NCBI RefSeq assembly: GCF_009914755.1
Contig: NC_060930.1
Length of the DNA: 64,000 nucleotides
Strand: one strand, 5' to 3'
Source of the DNA: the human T2T-CHM13v2.0 reference genome, Homo sapiens
Part shown: positions 46,468 to 59,110 of the stretch, piece by piece
Layout: the number at the start of each line of letters is the position of its first letter
How positions within the stretch are numbered: the first letter of the stretch is position 1
Made by a program: the position numbers and the translations under genes
Notes under the pieces: generated by a model
Seen by the model: the letters and a program-made list of their open reading frames with translations, nothing else
Database searches by the model: none
What the model was told of the DNA's origin: nothing

Positions 46468-47587
46468 TTCCATATATAGATCCATTCAAATTGGTAAAAA
46501 AAAAAGAAGCTATGGAATTTATATACAGAAACTATAGACAAATCTCATAACAGATTAGGGAATAGTTCTAATTGATATATATATATATATATATATAATA
46601 TATATATGACATTTTCTTCATTCATCTGTTCATGAAAATTTAGGTTATTTTCACTTCTTGGCTATTGTAACCAATGTTGCAGTGACCATGAGTGTGCAAG
46701 TACCTTTTTGAGAGAAAGTGTTCAATTCATTTGGCTATATACCTAGAAGTGGGATTACTGGATCATATGGTAATTCTATTTATAATTACTTTAGGAGCCT
46801 CCATATTATTTTCCACAGTAGCTGCTTAATTTTACATTCTAATCAACAGTGTTCAATGAATCCAATTTCTCCATATCCTTGCCAACAATTGTTATTTTCT
46901 GTATTTTTGAAAGTGACCATCCTAATGAGTGTGAAGTGATATCTCACTGTGGTTTTGATTTGCATTTACCTGATGATTAGGGATATTTAGCATCCTCTCC
47001 TTAGCTTACTGTTCATTTATATGTTTTCTCTGAAAAAATATCTATTCAAGTTCTTTGTCCACTTTTTAGATGGGATTGCTTTTGGTTGTTGCTATTTGAG
47101 TTGTAGGAGTTCTTTATTCTGAATATTAACTATTAGACATATGGTTTGCAATATTTTCTTCCATTCTTTAGGTTGCTTTCACTCCATAATTTCTTTTGTG
47201 GGACTGCAATTTTTAAGTTTGACGTAGTCTGATTTGTCTGTTTTTGCTTCTGTTTCCTATGCTTTTAGTGTCATATCCAATAAATCATTGCCAAATCCAA
47301 TATCATGAAGCTTTCTCCCTATGCTTTCTTCTAGTAGTTTTATAGTTTTCTATGTTTAGGCATTTAATTCATTTTTAAGTTTTATTTTATTCTTAGTTGA
47401 CAAATGGTAATTATACATATTTGGGGGTATGGTGTGTAACTATAGTTAATTCATTTTGAGTTAATTTTTGCATAGGGTATAAGTTAAGGGTCCAACTACA
47501 TTCTTTTGAATGTGGATATGCTGTTATTCTAACATCTTTTGTTGAAGAAATTATTGTTTTCCCATTGTGTATCCTTGGCACCTTTGT
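46055..47587 (-). mobile_element. L1MA/MB 3' fragment, interrupted by (TA)n and small insertions
   Basis: AACATAAAATTTATTGTCTTAACCATTTTTAAGTGTA 3' end; ATATACCTAGAAGTGGGATTACTGGATCATATGGTAATTCTAT ORF2 end. Confidence 0.88.
46418..46606. repeat. (TA)n tract split by a ~90-bp insertion
   Basis: (TA)n at 46418-46467 and 46575-46606 flank a copy of 48202-48307. Confidence 0.9.
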
Positions 47588-47589
47588 AT

Positions 47590-48014
47590 TATCTTAAGTC
47601 CATTTGTGCTGTTATAACAAATGATCTGAGACTGGGTAACTTATTAAAAAGTGAAGAAATTTATTTCCTCACTGTTCTGGAAGCTGAGAAGTCCAAAATC
47701 AAGATGTTGGCAAGTTCAGTGTCTTGTGAGGGCCTCTTCTTCATAGATGGCATGTAGGTATCCTCACATAGCAAAATGAAGATGAACACTGTGTCCTCAC
47801 ATGACAGAAGAACAAAACTGAGCAACCCATTCCCTCAAGCCCTTTCATAGGGGACCTGATCTCAACTATGAGGCTGTGCTCTCAAGACTTCATCATCTCC
47901 TAAACCTCAGTTAACCTTAATTACCTCCCAAAGGCCCTATCTCCAAATGCATCCACAGCAGAAGTTAAAACATCAACATATGCATTTTGTGGGGACACAA
48001 TTCAGACCATAGCA
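47590..48014 (-). mobile_element. MaLR LTR (MST/MLT1A-like)
   Basis: TCTTAAGTCCATTTGTGCTGTTATAACAAA...CTGAGACTGGGTAACTTA...GGGGACACAATTCAGACCATAGCA. Confidence 0.85.
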
Positions 48015-48244
48015 GATATGTATAGAAAGAAGAGAAGTATTTCCTTTTTTAGTGCAAAATGGTTTTGGAACACCTTTTCACCAAAAATAAGATACGGACA
48101 ACAAATATCTAAATGTTTCTTAATTCCAAATAAATTTTTCTAAATCTTCCTTTTCTGCCAATGTCTCTTATTTAGAATCAGTTGTTGGAAAGAGCAGAGA
48201 ACCATTCAAATTGGTAAAAAAAAAAAAAAAATAAAAGAAACAAT

Positions 48245-49170
48245 CTATGGAATTTATATACAGAAACTACAGACAGATCTCATAACAGATTAGGGAATAG
48301 TTCTAATCTGAGGGCTCAGAACAGACTTCCCTGAAGAAGGTCTATTTGGGTTGCAATCTGAAGGATGAATTGGAGGTGACTAGGCAGAGTGTTTGTAAGA
48401 AAGCTTTACAGACTGATGGAAGACAGGGCATGTGTGTGAGGAAACATGGCATTACAGGACCTGGAAGAAGAAGATGATGCCTAGAAGGAGTGAGGAAAAA
48501 ACAAGGCTTTCCAGTCATTGCAAGAACTTTGCCCATCACATTAAGAACAGTGAAAGGCCTTTGTAAGAATTTGCGGGTTGGGAATAATAAGATCTTCTTT
48601 TTCAAAAGATCTTTCTGCCCCTTCTGTGGAGAATGGATTGTTGGAGCCTACGTAAAGAGGAGAGAGTGGTGAGCAGGCTGTTGTGGAAGCCTGACAGGAA
48701 GTGAGATTACCTTGGACAGGGATGGTAGAAGTGCTGTGGGTGGAAAGGAGAGGACAGCTTAGAAAGATTTCAGACATAAAAACAAGCAAGGAAAGATTTG
48801 TTTCTGTAGGGGATAAAACAACCTATTTCAAGGATGACTGCTATATTTCTGTCTTGCAAACAAGATGAATAGTTCTCTCATTTACTGAGCTAGGGCAACC
48901 TGGGTAAGAAGTTGTTTTGCAGAAAAGATGATGAATTTACTTTGGATCTACTGGTTTTGAATTTCCTTTAGGGCATACCATGTGGACAGTGAGTAGGTGA
49001 TTAGATGCAGGGATCTGGACTCAGGAGAAAGGTCTGGACGACAATAAAGATTTGGAAATTCAAGGACCTTTGGGTGAGAAGTTAACAGAGAGAGTACTAA
49101 GGTAAAGAATAAAGTCTGAGAAAGAGCTTTGGAAAGTCTAAACATACAATACACATAAAGGAGACTAAGA
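48245..49170 (-). mobile_element. L2 LINE fragment
   Basis: GACTTCCCTGAAGAAGG...CTGAAGGATGAATTGGAGG...GGACTCAGGAGAAAGGTCTGG...AGATTTGG. Confidence 0.8.
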
Positions 49171-50676
49171 AAACCACAGGGGCATGGAATTGACGCTTAT
49201 TCTTTCGATAAACTTGAGTTTTTTGTTGTCTTTCTTTTTTGTTCTTATTTTTATTGGCTGAATCAGTGACTGCTAAAAATCCTTCTCCAGCATCCTTTAA
49301 TTGTTCTATCTTCCATTCTTTAGAGACCTAAAAGTCCAAAGCCTTCATGCTTTCTGCATGGTAAGAGGGTTAGGTGGTCTCCTACGCTGTGTTATTTCAG
49401 GGATTACAGGAATGTCTCTGTTCACAAAGTTTGCTGGTGAACAAGACTCCAAAGTATTGGCTTGTCTCTTGGCTGAGGACATTTTCATTCTCTGTTAATA
49501 TAAAAAATTCATTGGCATTGTAACTTTTTTATGAGTCACCATTTATGTAGGTATATTCCAACTAAGATGGAAATAAATGTATGTCTTTCTTTTGGAAAGA
49601 GGTGAAAGAATAATCTTAGAATCAGTAAAATGTTATCAACTGTCACCTTGCCCACTAATATTCTTATGCAAATATCCATTAAAAACTAAATGATAAATTA
49701 TCTCTGGAAATCTATACAGAATACTGAGTACCATCATTCACTTTTTCTCTTCACTATCACCTTTAAACTTCTGTATCAGTTTTTATTTTTCTAAAATAGT
49801 ACTCAACACAGTTGTGGTATATCATTAGTACAAACTTATAAGGCTGTGGTCCAACATAATTAAAATAATTTCAAGTAAATACAAACTAAGCTTCCCTCAA
49901 GCTCTCGGTTCCACCCTGCCAAATCTCATCTTGATCCTCTTTGTGTGTCCTAGCCTCACTTATGGATTTTTAAGACAAATGGTTATGTAATTGTCCTTCC
50001 TGAAACTTTTATACTCCTTCTTGAGACGTTTTCAGCAGTTTGAGTAAATGCTTTGTGTTGCTATTTAGCCTTTTTCCATCTGGATGCAAAACTCCAGATA
50101 TACTATGATAGACAGATGAGAAAATTCAAGGCCAGAGAGGAGTGAGGGAAGTTAAAAAGAAGTGAACTTTCCTTCAGTGTTGTGGGATGGATCAAATGGC
50201 TGCCTATGACTCAGACTTTTTATATTTTTATTTCAGGCAGGAGTTAAGATTCACTAATGATTTTTGTCTAGTAACACATTTAGTAAACCCACAACTCCAG
50301 CTGACTCTCTTTCACAGAGTGGATATTAAAATTGCTGATAGACTCTTTTAAAAAGCACATAAAGAGAGGCAAGTGTTCAGAAGGCACGTGCTGAAAATTC
50401 ATGTTAATCTAAATGGATGTGTGAGAGAACAGATGAAAAATGATATGTTTTACAAACATGACAACGTAGACATCTGAGTGTCACTTTTCCTTTACCTTCT
50501 GCATTTGCTTTGATTCTTTTTGATAATCTAATATATGTGTTAATTACATTGGCAACATGGCTTTTATTACAATATAGTATTCTTTAGCAAGAGGGTATTG
50601 GTTGTTACTGCTAGGGATTATTGAGTTTGAAGAGAGGATGAAGGGGAAAATCTGGAAAGTAGGACAGGAAGTAATC

Positions 50677-50971
50677 TTTTTATTTTAATTTTAGAGACAG
50701 GATCTCACTCCATCTCCCAGGCTGGAATGCAGTGGCATGATCACAGCTCACTGTAGCCTCAAGCTTCTGGTCTCAAGCAAACCTCTCACTTCAGCTCCCC
50801 AAGTGGCTGGGACTATAGGCAGTGCCACCATGCCTAGCTAATTTTTTTATTTTGTTGAGATAGGTTCTTACTGTGGTGCCCAGGCTGATCTCCAAACCCT
50901 GCCCTCAAGAGATCCTCCAGCCTTGGCCTCCCAAAGTGCTGGGATATAGGTGTGAGCCACTTTGCCTGGCC
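50677..50971 (-). mobile_element. AluJ
   Basis: GATCACAGCTCACTGTAGCCTC and CTCAAGC AluJ diagnostics; TSD-like AGGAAG(T/C)AA. Confidence 0.92.
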
Positions 50972-51213
50972 AGGAAGCAAATTTTTAAGGTCTAGTAAAG
51001 GAGACTATCACTTGTAATGGATTTGTTCAAGGGACTTCTCTTAAATAATATTCCGATGCCTAGAATACAAATGGTAGGGCTACTCCTGAACAATGTCGGA
51101 AATAGTATCAAGCTGAAAGATGGAGTGCTACAATTTCCATGTAGTTGCTTTATCTTTTATCTTCTCCTCTTTTATCTTTTATCTTCTACTATGCAATACC
51201 CCTGTTAGTCATC

Positions 51214-51731
51214 TGTGTTAGTAATCTCTTGCTGTGTAATCAATTCCCCTCCCCCAAATTGTGGCTTACTAGTAAACATTTATTATCTCACACAGGTTTG
51301 TGAGTCAAAAATCATAAAGCTGGGTGGTTCTAGCCTAATGTCTCTCATAGGCTCGCAGAAAATCTGTCAGGGTTACACTCAACAGAAGGCTGGACTGAGA
51401 AAAAGGATCTGCTTTCAAAGTGGCTTACTGGCCCACTGCTGCTGGCCTTTGGCTGGAGGCCTTTGTTTTTTGCCACATGGACCTCTCCATAGGGCTGTTT
51501 GAGTGTCTTCACGATATAACAGATGACTTCCAGAAGAAAGTTCAGTCCAGGAGAAAGCAAGAAGGAAGTTGTCATGTCCCTTATGACCTAGCTTTGAAAG
51601 CCATACTCCTTCATTTCTGATAAATCCTATTAATTACTCGGGTAAGCCCTATGTGGAAGGGGATTATGCAAGGGCATAAATACCAGTGGGCATGAATCAC
51701 TGCAGGGCCGTGATGGAGGCAGGCTACCACC
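51214..51731 (-). mobile_element. MaLR LTR (MLT1F-like)
   Basis: TGTGTTAG...TTGCTGTGTAA...AAACATTTATTATCTCACA...GCCACATGGACCTCTCCATAGGGCTGTTTGAGTGTC...GGCTACCAC. Confidence 0.8.
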
Positions 51732-52419
51732 ACATCTCTTGCAAAATAAATCTTAGAAGTCCACAGAACACACCTAAAAAATCACTGCTGTTGGTCAGTT
51801 ATTTTTAAATTGTATGATCCTTTACTGAGAATGAAGAAGGAACAATACTTTTTTTTTCTCTTTGGACTCTGTTACATTTTGGCTAAAAACCAAACATTAG
51901 AATAATTACAGAGGCAAAACATACTTTTTTCCCTTTTGCGGTAATTTCTTCCATCATCTGCAATTGTTTCTACTTTTTTTTGGTGCTCAAATTTTTCTCT
52001 GGCTTTGTGGTGGTATATCCCCTAATATTTGTCTTACTAAAATGTATATTTTCTTAATCATGCTTCCGTTTAATACCCCTTCCTTAAATTCTCATGTCAG
52101 GTGATCTCAGTTTGCTAAAATGAAAAAAGTTATTTGGTCAAACAAATTTATTCAAAAAGTTATAAATTATGTATTCATTACTTTTTTGGTGTTTTTATAT
52201 GATTAGAAGATGTTCACTGTCTCAATGTACTGAATCTTGTGATATGGAATTTTATGCAGAATTAGAGTCAACTGAGGACCTTTTAGATATTAACAACCAT
52301 ACCACAGACTTGTGTTTTGGAGTAGTTGGTAGCATTCCAATGCTTTCTTTGAAAAAACAAAAAAACCAACAAACAAAACTAAACCAAGAAACCAAAATAA
52401 ATTGCAAACATTGTGATTT

Positions 52420-53120
52420 TAAAAGTATCAGGAGTGGCAAAAGCAAGGAGGACTAGAGATACTGAAATTCCAGAGAGGGGAGACCTTTTCAGAGTTTGTA
52501 CCTGCTTTTATTTTGGAGGCCTTTGATAGTTTTTGTTATGGAACAACGTTTGGGAATCTATGCTTTTGGGAGCAGAGGATATTTGATGGGGAATAGAGAA
52601 AAAAAGAACCCAGAAGCAGTCACATCAAACTGAAGTAAAACAAACAAACAGACAAACAAAAACCCAAAATCTGGAGATTCAAGGAACTTCAACTCTTGGC
52701 TGGTTTCTTTCTCAGTATGTTTGTGGAATTCCCAAGCTTTATCACATGGGTTGCCAAATAGTTAAGATAGTTTTTTAAAACCAGTAGAAATTCCTGCAGT
52801 CTCAAAGCGCTTTACAGAAAAAAACCTTCCAGAGGCAGGGCCCTAAGAAAATAAAAGGCAAGAATTAAAAGCTCTTAAAGGAGTGATGAATTGAGACTGA
52901 TTAGTTGCAACTTTTCCTGAGGGCATGTACCCATCTGGATGCATCTGAAAGTTCCCTGAGTGTAGTAAAAAACATATAAACGTCTAAACACCCAGTAAAC
53001 TTAACAAACCACAAACTGGATAATGTCTATGAAAAATAGTACCTAGGCACACCATGATAAAAGTGCTTAAAACCAAAGACAATGAGAAAATCAGAAATGC
53101 ATCTGGGGGCAAGGGAAGGC
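52420..53120 (+). mobile_element. Old L1M 5'/ORF1 fragment
   Basis: ACCTAGGCACACCATGATAAAAGTGCTTAAAACCAAAGACAATGAGAAAATC resembles L1 ORF1 'PRHIIIKLLKTKDKEKI'. Confidence 0.55.
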
Positions 53121-53169
53121 ACTCCACATAAATATTTGCCCAAAATCTTTACCTATACCCCAGGTCTGC

Positions 53170-53583
53170 TTTACTTCAACTTTTTTTAAAATCTAAAACA
53201 GGAAGTACATGTACAAGTTCGTAACGTGCATATTGCATAACACTGAGGTTTGGGGTACAAATGATGCCATCACTCAGGTAGTGAGCATATTACCCAATGG
53301 GTAGTTTTTCAAACCATGGCCTCACTCTTTCTCCCCTCTCTAGTAGTCCACAATGTCTATTCTTCCCATCTTTATGTCCATGAGTACCCAATGTTTAGCT
53401 CCCACTTATGAGACATGCAGTATTTGGTTTTCTGTCTCTGCATTAATTAGCTTAGGTTTATGGCCTCTGACTGTATCCGTGTTGCTGCAAAGGATATTAT
53501 TTTGTTCTTTTTCGTGGCTGCATAGTCCATGGTGTACGTACACCACATTTTCTTTATCCAATCCACCATCGATGGGCACCTAG
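53170..53583 (-). mobile_element. L1PA15/16-like 3' end
   Basis: GAGGTTTGGGGTACAAATGAT...TTTAGCTCCCACTTATGAGACATGCAGTATTTGGTTTTCTG. Confidence 0.85.
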
Positions 53584-55147
53584 TAATTTCTCTTTTAGCA
53601 TGCCCCCCTAAGGCACTAGTACTGTTTTAAAGAAAATTTCCAGCAGTTTTGGAGATAAAGTGCATGTCATCTTTGAAGTTAGGAAGGGTCAATAACTTCA
53701 AATAAGGAACTCTAAAGAAAGATAAAGGGAAAATAGAGCAAGGGAAGAGAATGCTATACAAAATAGGATCCTCCTCCAGTTAGAGCTACTTTAAATAACA
53801 TGGTTAGCTGTATCAGACATAGATTTGTCATTCACAGCACCAACAAGACTGGCATTCACTCTACAGAGTACAGTAGATGCAAGAAATGGCAGTGGCCTTA
53901 TGAAAATTAATCTGTGCTAAAGGAATATGATCCCCAAAATTTGTTTTTATTTAATATGAATGCTGTTGGTGTGTATATATGCAAGTTTATTGCAGTGAGA
54001 AAGACAACAATATATAGATATTGGCTTTACATTCATGTACTTTCTTTCAAAAATGTAATCAAGATGCAGACTTACTTGAGGGTTTGTTTGTGTAACGATA
54101 GATCAAGATTTTGCATTCTATTTTATGAACATTAGTAACACAAATAGGATTCTGGGAATAAGAACAATGTTCATTTTGAAATTTGAGATTGTGATGCTTA
54201 GAATAAAGAATGAGATGATGAGTGAATCTCCATGTCCTTACACCACCTCTGAGTACCTTGTAGAATTCACTGTGCAAGTGCTCCTGTCAGCCCAAAGATC
54301 AGTAAAGTCACCATGACCCATTTTACTCTGTGCTGTGTCCAGCAGCTGGTATCTGTTTTAACGGTTGGTATTTGGATTACGGTATTTCTAAGAGCCCAGG
54401 GACAATCTTACATTGAAACAGTTCTGTAACAATTACTAGAAACCTAACTACTGCATAAGTATTTGCCTAAATGTTTACGGATTTGAGCAACAAAACTGGG
54501 AGCTCCTTACACCAATCCTTAAAGTTAAGTCTTTATAAAAATTGAGTATACGTTTCCATAAAGTTTTCAATTTGGGGGCTCAAATAATCAGCCTTGGTTA
54601 TCACCTGGACATAAGATCTCAAGTAGAAGGCAGACCATGGAAGTGATACCAACCTGAAGTGAAGTATCCCTTTCCATACCCAATTCTATTGAAATTCTAT
54701 TCTACTTTTTCCCCATACATGTCAGAGTTGGCTCTTAAACTCCTCAATACAAGGTCTAAAGCAGACAAAATATCCATCCAGGTCTTTAACAGTTATGAGG
54801 AAGACAACTGCAGAAAACCAAAGGTGTTCTTTATAGTTACCCCCAACTCAAGTAGGGATGATGAAAAAATCAGGTTAATTAAGTAATTAATAGAGTACAA
54901 ACAGGTGGGTAGAATGTGTTAACTGGAAGCCAACCATTAGTGGTTATAAAATTGAAGAACTAGTCATAATAAAATCTAATTTTACTTAATTAGGCTTTCT
55001 CATAATTCTAGAATGCTAAAGAAACACCTTTGTCTTCTTATTTGAAATAAATAGGAGTTTATACCATTTCAAGTAATAATAGAAACATATTTATTAAAAG
55101 AAAAGGTGTTTGTCTTTTAAAGTGATCCCCCCAAAAATATATAAGCT

Positions 55148-55523
55148 TGTATTAGTCTCCTTAGGTTGCCATAAGAGAATACTGCAGACTGGGTAGCTTA
55201 AACAACAGAAATTTATTTTCTCACAATTCTGGAAGATGAAATTCCAAGAAACAGATGCCACTAGAATTGATTTCTGGTGTAGCCTTACTTCCTGGCTTGC
55301 AGATAGCTACATTCCCACAGTGTTCTCACATGACCTTTCCTGTGTGAGTACAAAGCTTCTCTTCCTTTTCTTATAAGGACACAGTCCTAATGGCTTTGGG
55401 CCCTACCCTTATGATGTCTTTAACCTTAGTTACCTCCTTAAAGGCTGTATCTCCAAATACAATCACATTAGGGAGTAGGATTTCAGCCTATATATTTTGG
55501 GGGAACAAACTCAGTCCATAATA
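55148..55523 (-). mobile_element. MaLR solo LTR (MLT1A/B-like)
   Basis: TGTATTAGTCTCCTTAGGTTGCCATAA...AAACAACAGAAATTTATTTTCTCACAATTCTGG...CTCAGTCCATAATA. Confidence 0.88.
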
Positions 55524-56528
55524 GGGGGATACAAAGTATAATACAATTAATGTAAAAATTAAAAAGCAAAAAAATTAAAAATATCTTAAAGGATATTATT
55601 GACCTGAAATGATGTTACTTTATATCAGTTATCTCTAAGTAGTAGGTAAATAATTATATGATTTTTATAGCAATGTTATTCCTGTTTCATTTCCCTAATT
55701 TCTCTTCAGTAAGCATACATTAGTGGTGCAGCTTTAAAGTACTATTTGTTTAGTATTGTATGATACACAGTGCTTCATGATATTTTAACTCACTGCATTC
55801 CAGAGACAGGTATTGCAACATGACAATCCAAGAGCATATTTTTAGGAGTAAAATTTAGAACAGTTATAAATTATTTTTCAACATATTATGAAGTAAGTTT
55901 ACCTTCCATGTTGTTGTAATAACATCTTGCAGTGTCGAATGTTTAGGCAGGGAGAAAGAAATCTGGCAGGCAGAAATATATTCAAAGACATCGTTGATTT
56001 TCTGTCTATCCTGGCAAACTCCTTCTGGTTTCCTGCTTCCCATGAAGCCTTTCTTAAACATGTAACCCAAAATTTTGTGGAGAGGAATATATTTTTTTCC
56101 CTTGAGGGAGAAGGCCAGGAATTGGGTAGAAGAGTGGCAGGAAGCCCCTGAGTTGAGTTGCACCATATCAGCATGAGTCATTTTAGTCATCTATAGTCAG
56201 TGATCAAGAATCCATGAGCCTTTCAATACTGATTGTTGAAAAGAAATATCAGTGATAAAATAGGATATGTTACAACATGACAGGATACAAAGAGCCACAG
56301 GATACACATGACATGTTCTCAGAGTGGGTCTACTTTAATAAAAGATTTGGGGAAAATGTACTGTAAACCAAAGAAAGCATGGGTATATTCTGAATTAGAA
56401 TGGCAACTGTGTAAGAATTTTTAAATAAAACTTCGAAGAAATTTTGCTTTGTAAATATTTTGGACTACATACTAGACACTTAATACATTGTTAAATTTCT
56501 TTCATGATGCTGTGATGAAAATATTTGA

Positions 56529-56829
<301 letters not shown>

Positions 56830-56852
56830 AAGAAGAATGTTTTTAACCTATT

Positions 56853-57066
56853 CCATGTATTCTCAGTGGAGCCCTGCATTTCCCAAGAAGGCAAAACCTG
56901 ATTCTTGAGGAGCAGAAAAATCTTAACTATTAGCCCTCCAGAAAGGTCAAAATATAAAAATAACATAGTGTGCTATGTTATTAAAATTCACCAGGAGGAA
57001 ACAATAAAAAAATATAAAAAGTCTTTTTGCTGGGAACAATAATGAAAAAAGGTTGAGAGAAACCAA
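56853..57066. mobile_element. hAT-Charlie-type MITE
   Basis: Degenerate termini CATGTATTCTCA... and ...AATAATGAAAAAAGGTTGAGAGAAAC; family name uncertain. Confidence 0.5.
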
Positions 57067-58614
57067 TCTATTCTGATCGGTCGCTTACTATATCACCTTA
57101 TTATGGCTACTTGATTTTAAACTTCTTCTTCTATGGTAATAAGTATATTTTATCCACTCTCAACCCCATCCATGTTTGAAGCTATATAGAGATATCTATA
57201 AGGGTGAATAAGAAAGAAAATGATTGGTGTTGTTAATATCATTTTTTATTAAGGAAAGGAAGTCATTGAATGAATATTGAACTAAAAACTAAAGACCATG
57301 AAGTTCTGTTTTATTGACCATAAAGTGTTTTATGATTATAATTTCTTTACTGATTAAATTTCTTAAATGATTAGAAGTTAGAGAAAGAAACAAAAACTTC
57401 ATGGGAAAATATTTTGTCATAACTGAGATGCAATGAAGTTAACATAAATGTAGAGAGAAATGTATAATCATTGCCCACTGTGTACAAAGGCATCAATATT
57501 TAATCTTTAGAGGAATGAAAATGGCTCCACGTTGATGAATATACTTAATTGGGAAGCAATATCTGAGTCATGGAATTGCTAAACTATTAAATGAAAATAA
57601 GCTAGAAGGGTGCTAGTATTGGTTCTCCTATCTTTTAATCCTTTACTTTGTGCCAGTTTTTAGCATAAATGTAGCTGATGATGTTACTTCTTTTCTTTTA
57701 GAAAAAAAAATGCCATTTAAAAGACTCTAAGATTAATTGCTTCGCTCTGTTGGTTTAACATGCAGTAGCAGAGTGCCATGGCTGTTTTGCACATTACAAC
57801 CTGATGAAACCAACTGTTTTGACAACCCTCTATAACCCGAGTCACAAGGGATTTAGTAATAGGCTGCTTTCCAAATCTTACCTGAGAAATGATTAATAAG
57901 CTTGAAATCTCTTTCTTTCACTTAATGCCCTCTGTGCTTTCTCTGTGCCCCTCACTTTAATAGTGTGTGAGGAGGCACTGCCCCTTATTTGGTGTTTGCC
58001 CCTGGGATGACTCCTACGTTTAGCAGAGAATTGTTATGAAATATACTAGAGAAGGGCCCAGGGAGCACAGTCTTACTCAAGCTGTTGCTTTGCAATAACA
58101 GTTGGTTTCTACTGCCTGTCAGGCCCAACACTAGTGGATGCTCAGTCAACTCAGATTACAGGTGTCAGGCAGAGAACACGTCTTTTATTAAAACTTTATC
58201 CTCTTCCATTTTTGATGATAGGTTGGCTAACTTTATTCATGGTTTGGCTTTCATGGGTAGGATGCTGTTGTTAATGGCTACAAATAACTACCCACTAATT
58301 CTTCCAACAAGCCTGGGTGATGTGTCTGACACTACAATCATGAAAAGCAACTGTTTGACCAAATATTTTACCCTGGTTAACAAGGACCACCAGCTTCCTA
58401 GACTATAGTATATGTGTTCTTTCTGTCTGGTGCCTAACAAAGTGACATATATATTTTGTATTTTGTCATACTGCACATATGTGATTAATGAAGAAATTAC
58501 AGATTTCTGTTCCAAAACATGAATTTGAACTCAGTACGACAGTGCAAATTAAAGGAATGAGCTGACACTTGAAGTTAAAAATGTTGAGGTTCTAAATTAC
58601 TTAAGAGATAAAAC

Positions 58615-58895
58615 AGCCAGGCATGGTGGCTCCCACCTGTAATCCCAGCTACTCCAGGGGCTGAGGCCATAGAATTGCTTGAGATCAGGAACTCAAGATC
58701 AGGTTGGGCAACATAGCATCTCTTTAAAAATTAGCTGTATGTGGCACCTGTAGTTTCAGCTCCTCTGGAGGCTAAATTTGGAGGATCCCTTGACCTCAAA
58801 AGTTTGAGGCTTTAGTGAGTTATGTTCGTGCCACTGCACTCCAGCCGGGGAGACAGAGCAAGACTGTCTCTTACAAAAAAAAAAAAAAAGGAGAG
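58615..58895 (+). mobile_element. AluJ with internal deletions
   Basis: Alu dimer with J-type GAGGATC...TTGAGGCT; TSD AGAGA(T/G)AAAACA. Confidence 0.9.
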
Positions 58896-58994
58896 AGAGA
58901 GAAAACAATTAGTCTACTGTTGCTGTATAATCAACCTGATATTTGAGTCTTGGCAGGATGAATTTAATCTCCCTGGCTCTTAGTTTTGCTACTA

Positions 58995-59110
58995 AACAGT
59001 AAACTCTATGGGGAGAAGGATGTCTGCCTCATTCAATGGTAGAATTTCTGCATCTAGGGTAGTGCCCAGGAAATAATAAGGATTCAATAAATATTTGTTC
59101 AGTTAAATGC
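58995..59110 (+). mobile_element. L2 3' end fragment
   Basis: AGTGCCCAGGAAATAATAAGGATTCAATAAATATTTGTTCAGTTAAATG. Confidence 0.65.

Noticed and set aside
52169-52456. 95-aa ORF (likewise 58085-58408 and 55864-56190)
   Set aside because: No recognisable domain; lengths are within chance expectation for 64 kb read in six frames.
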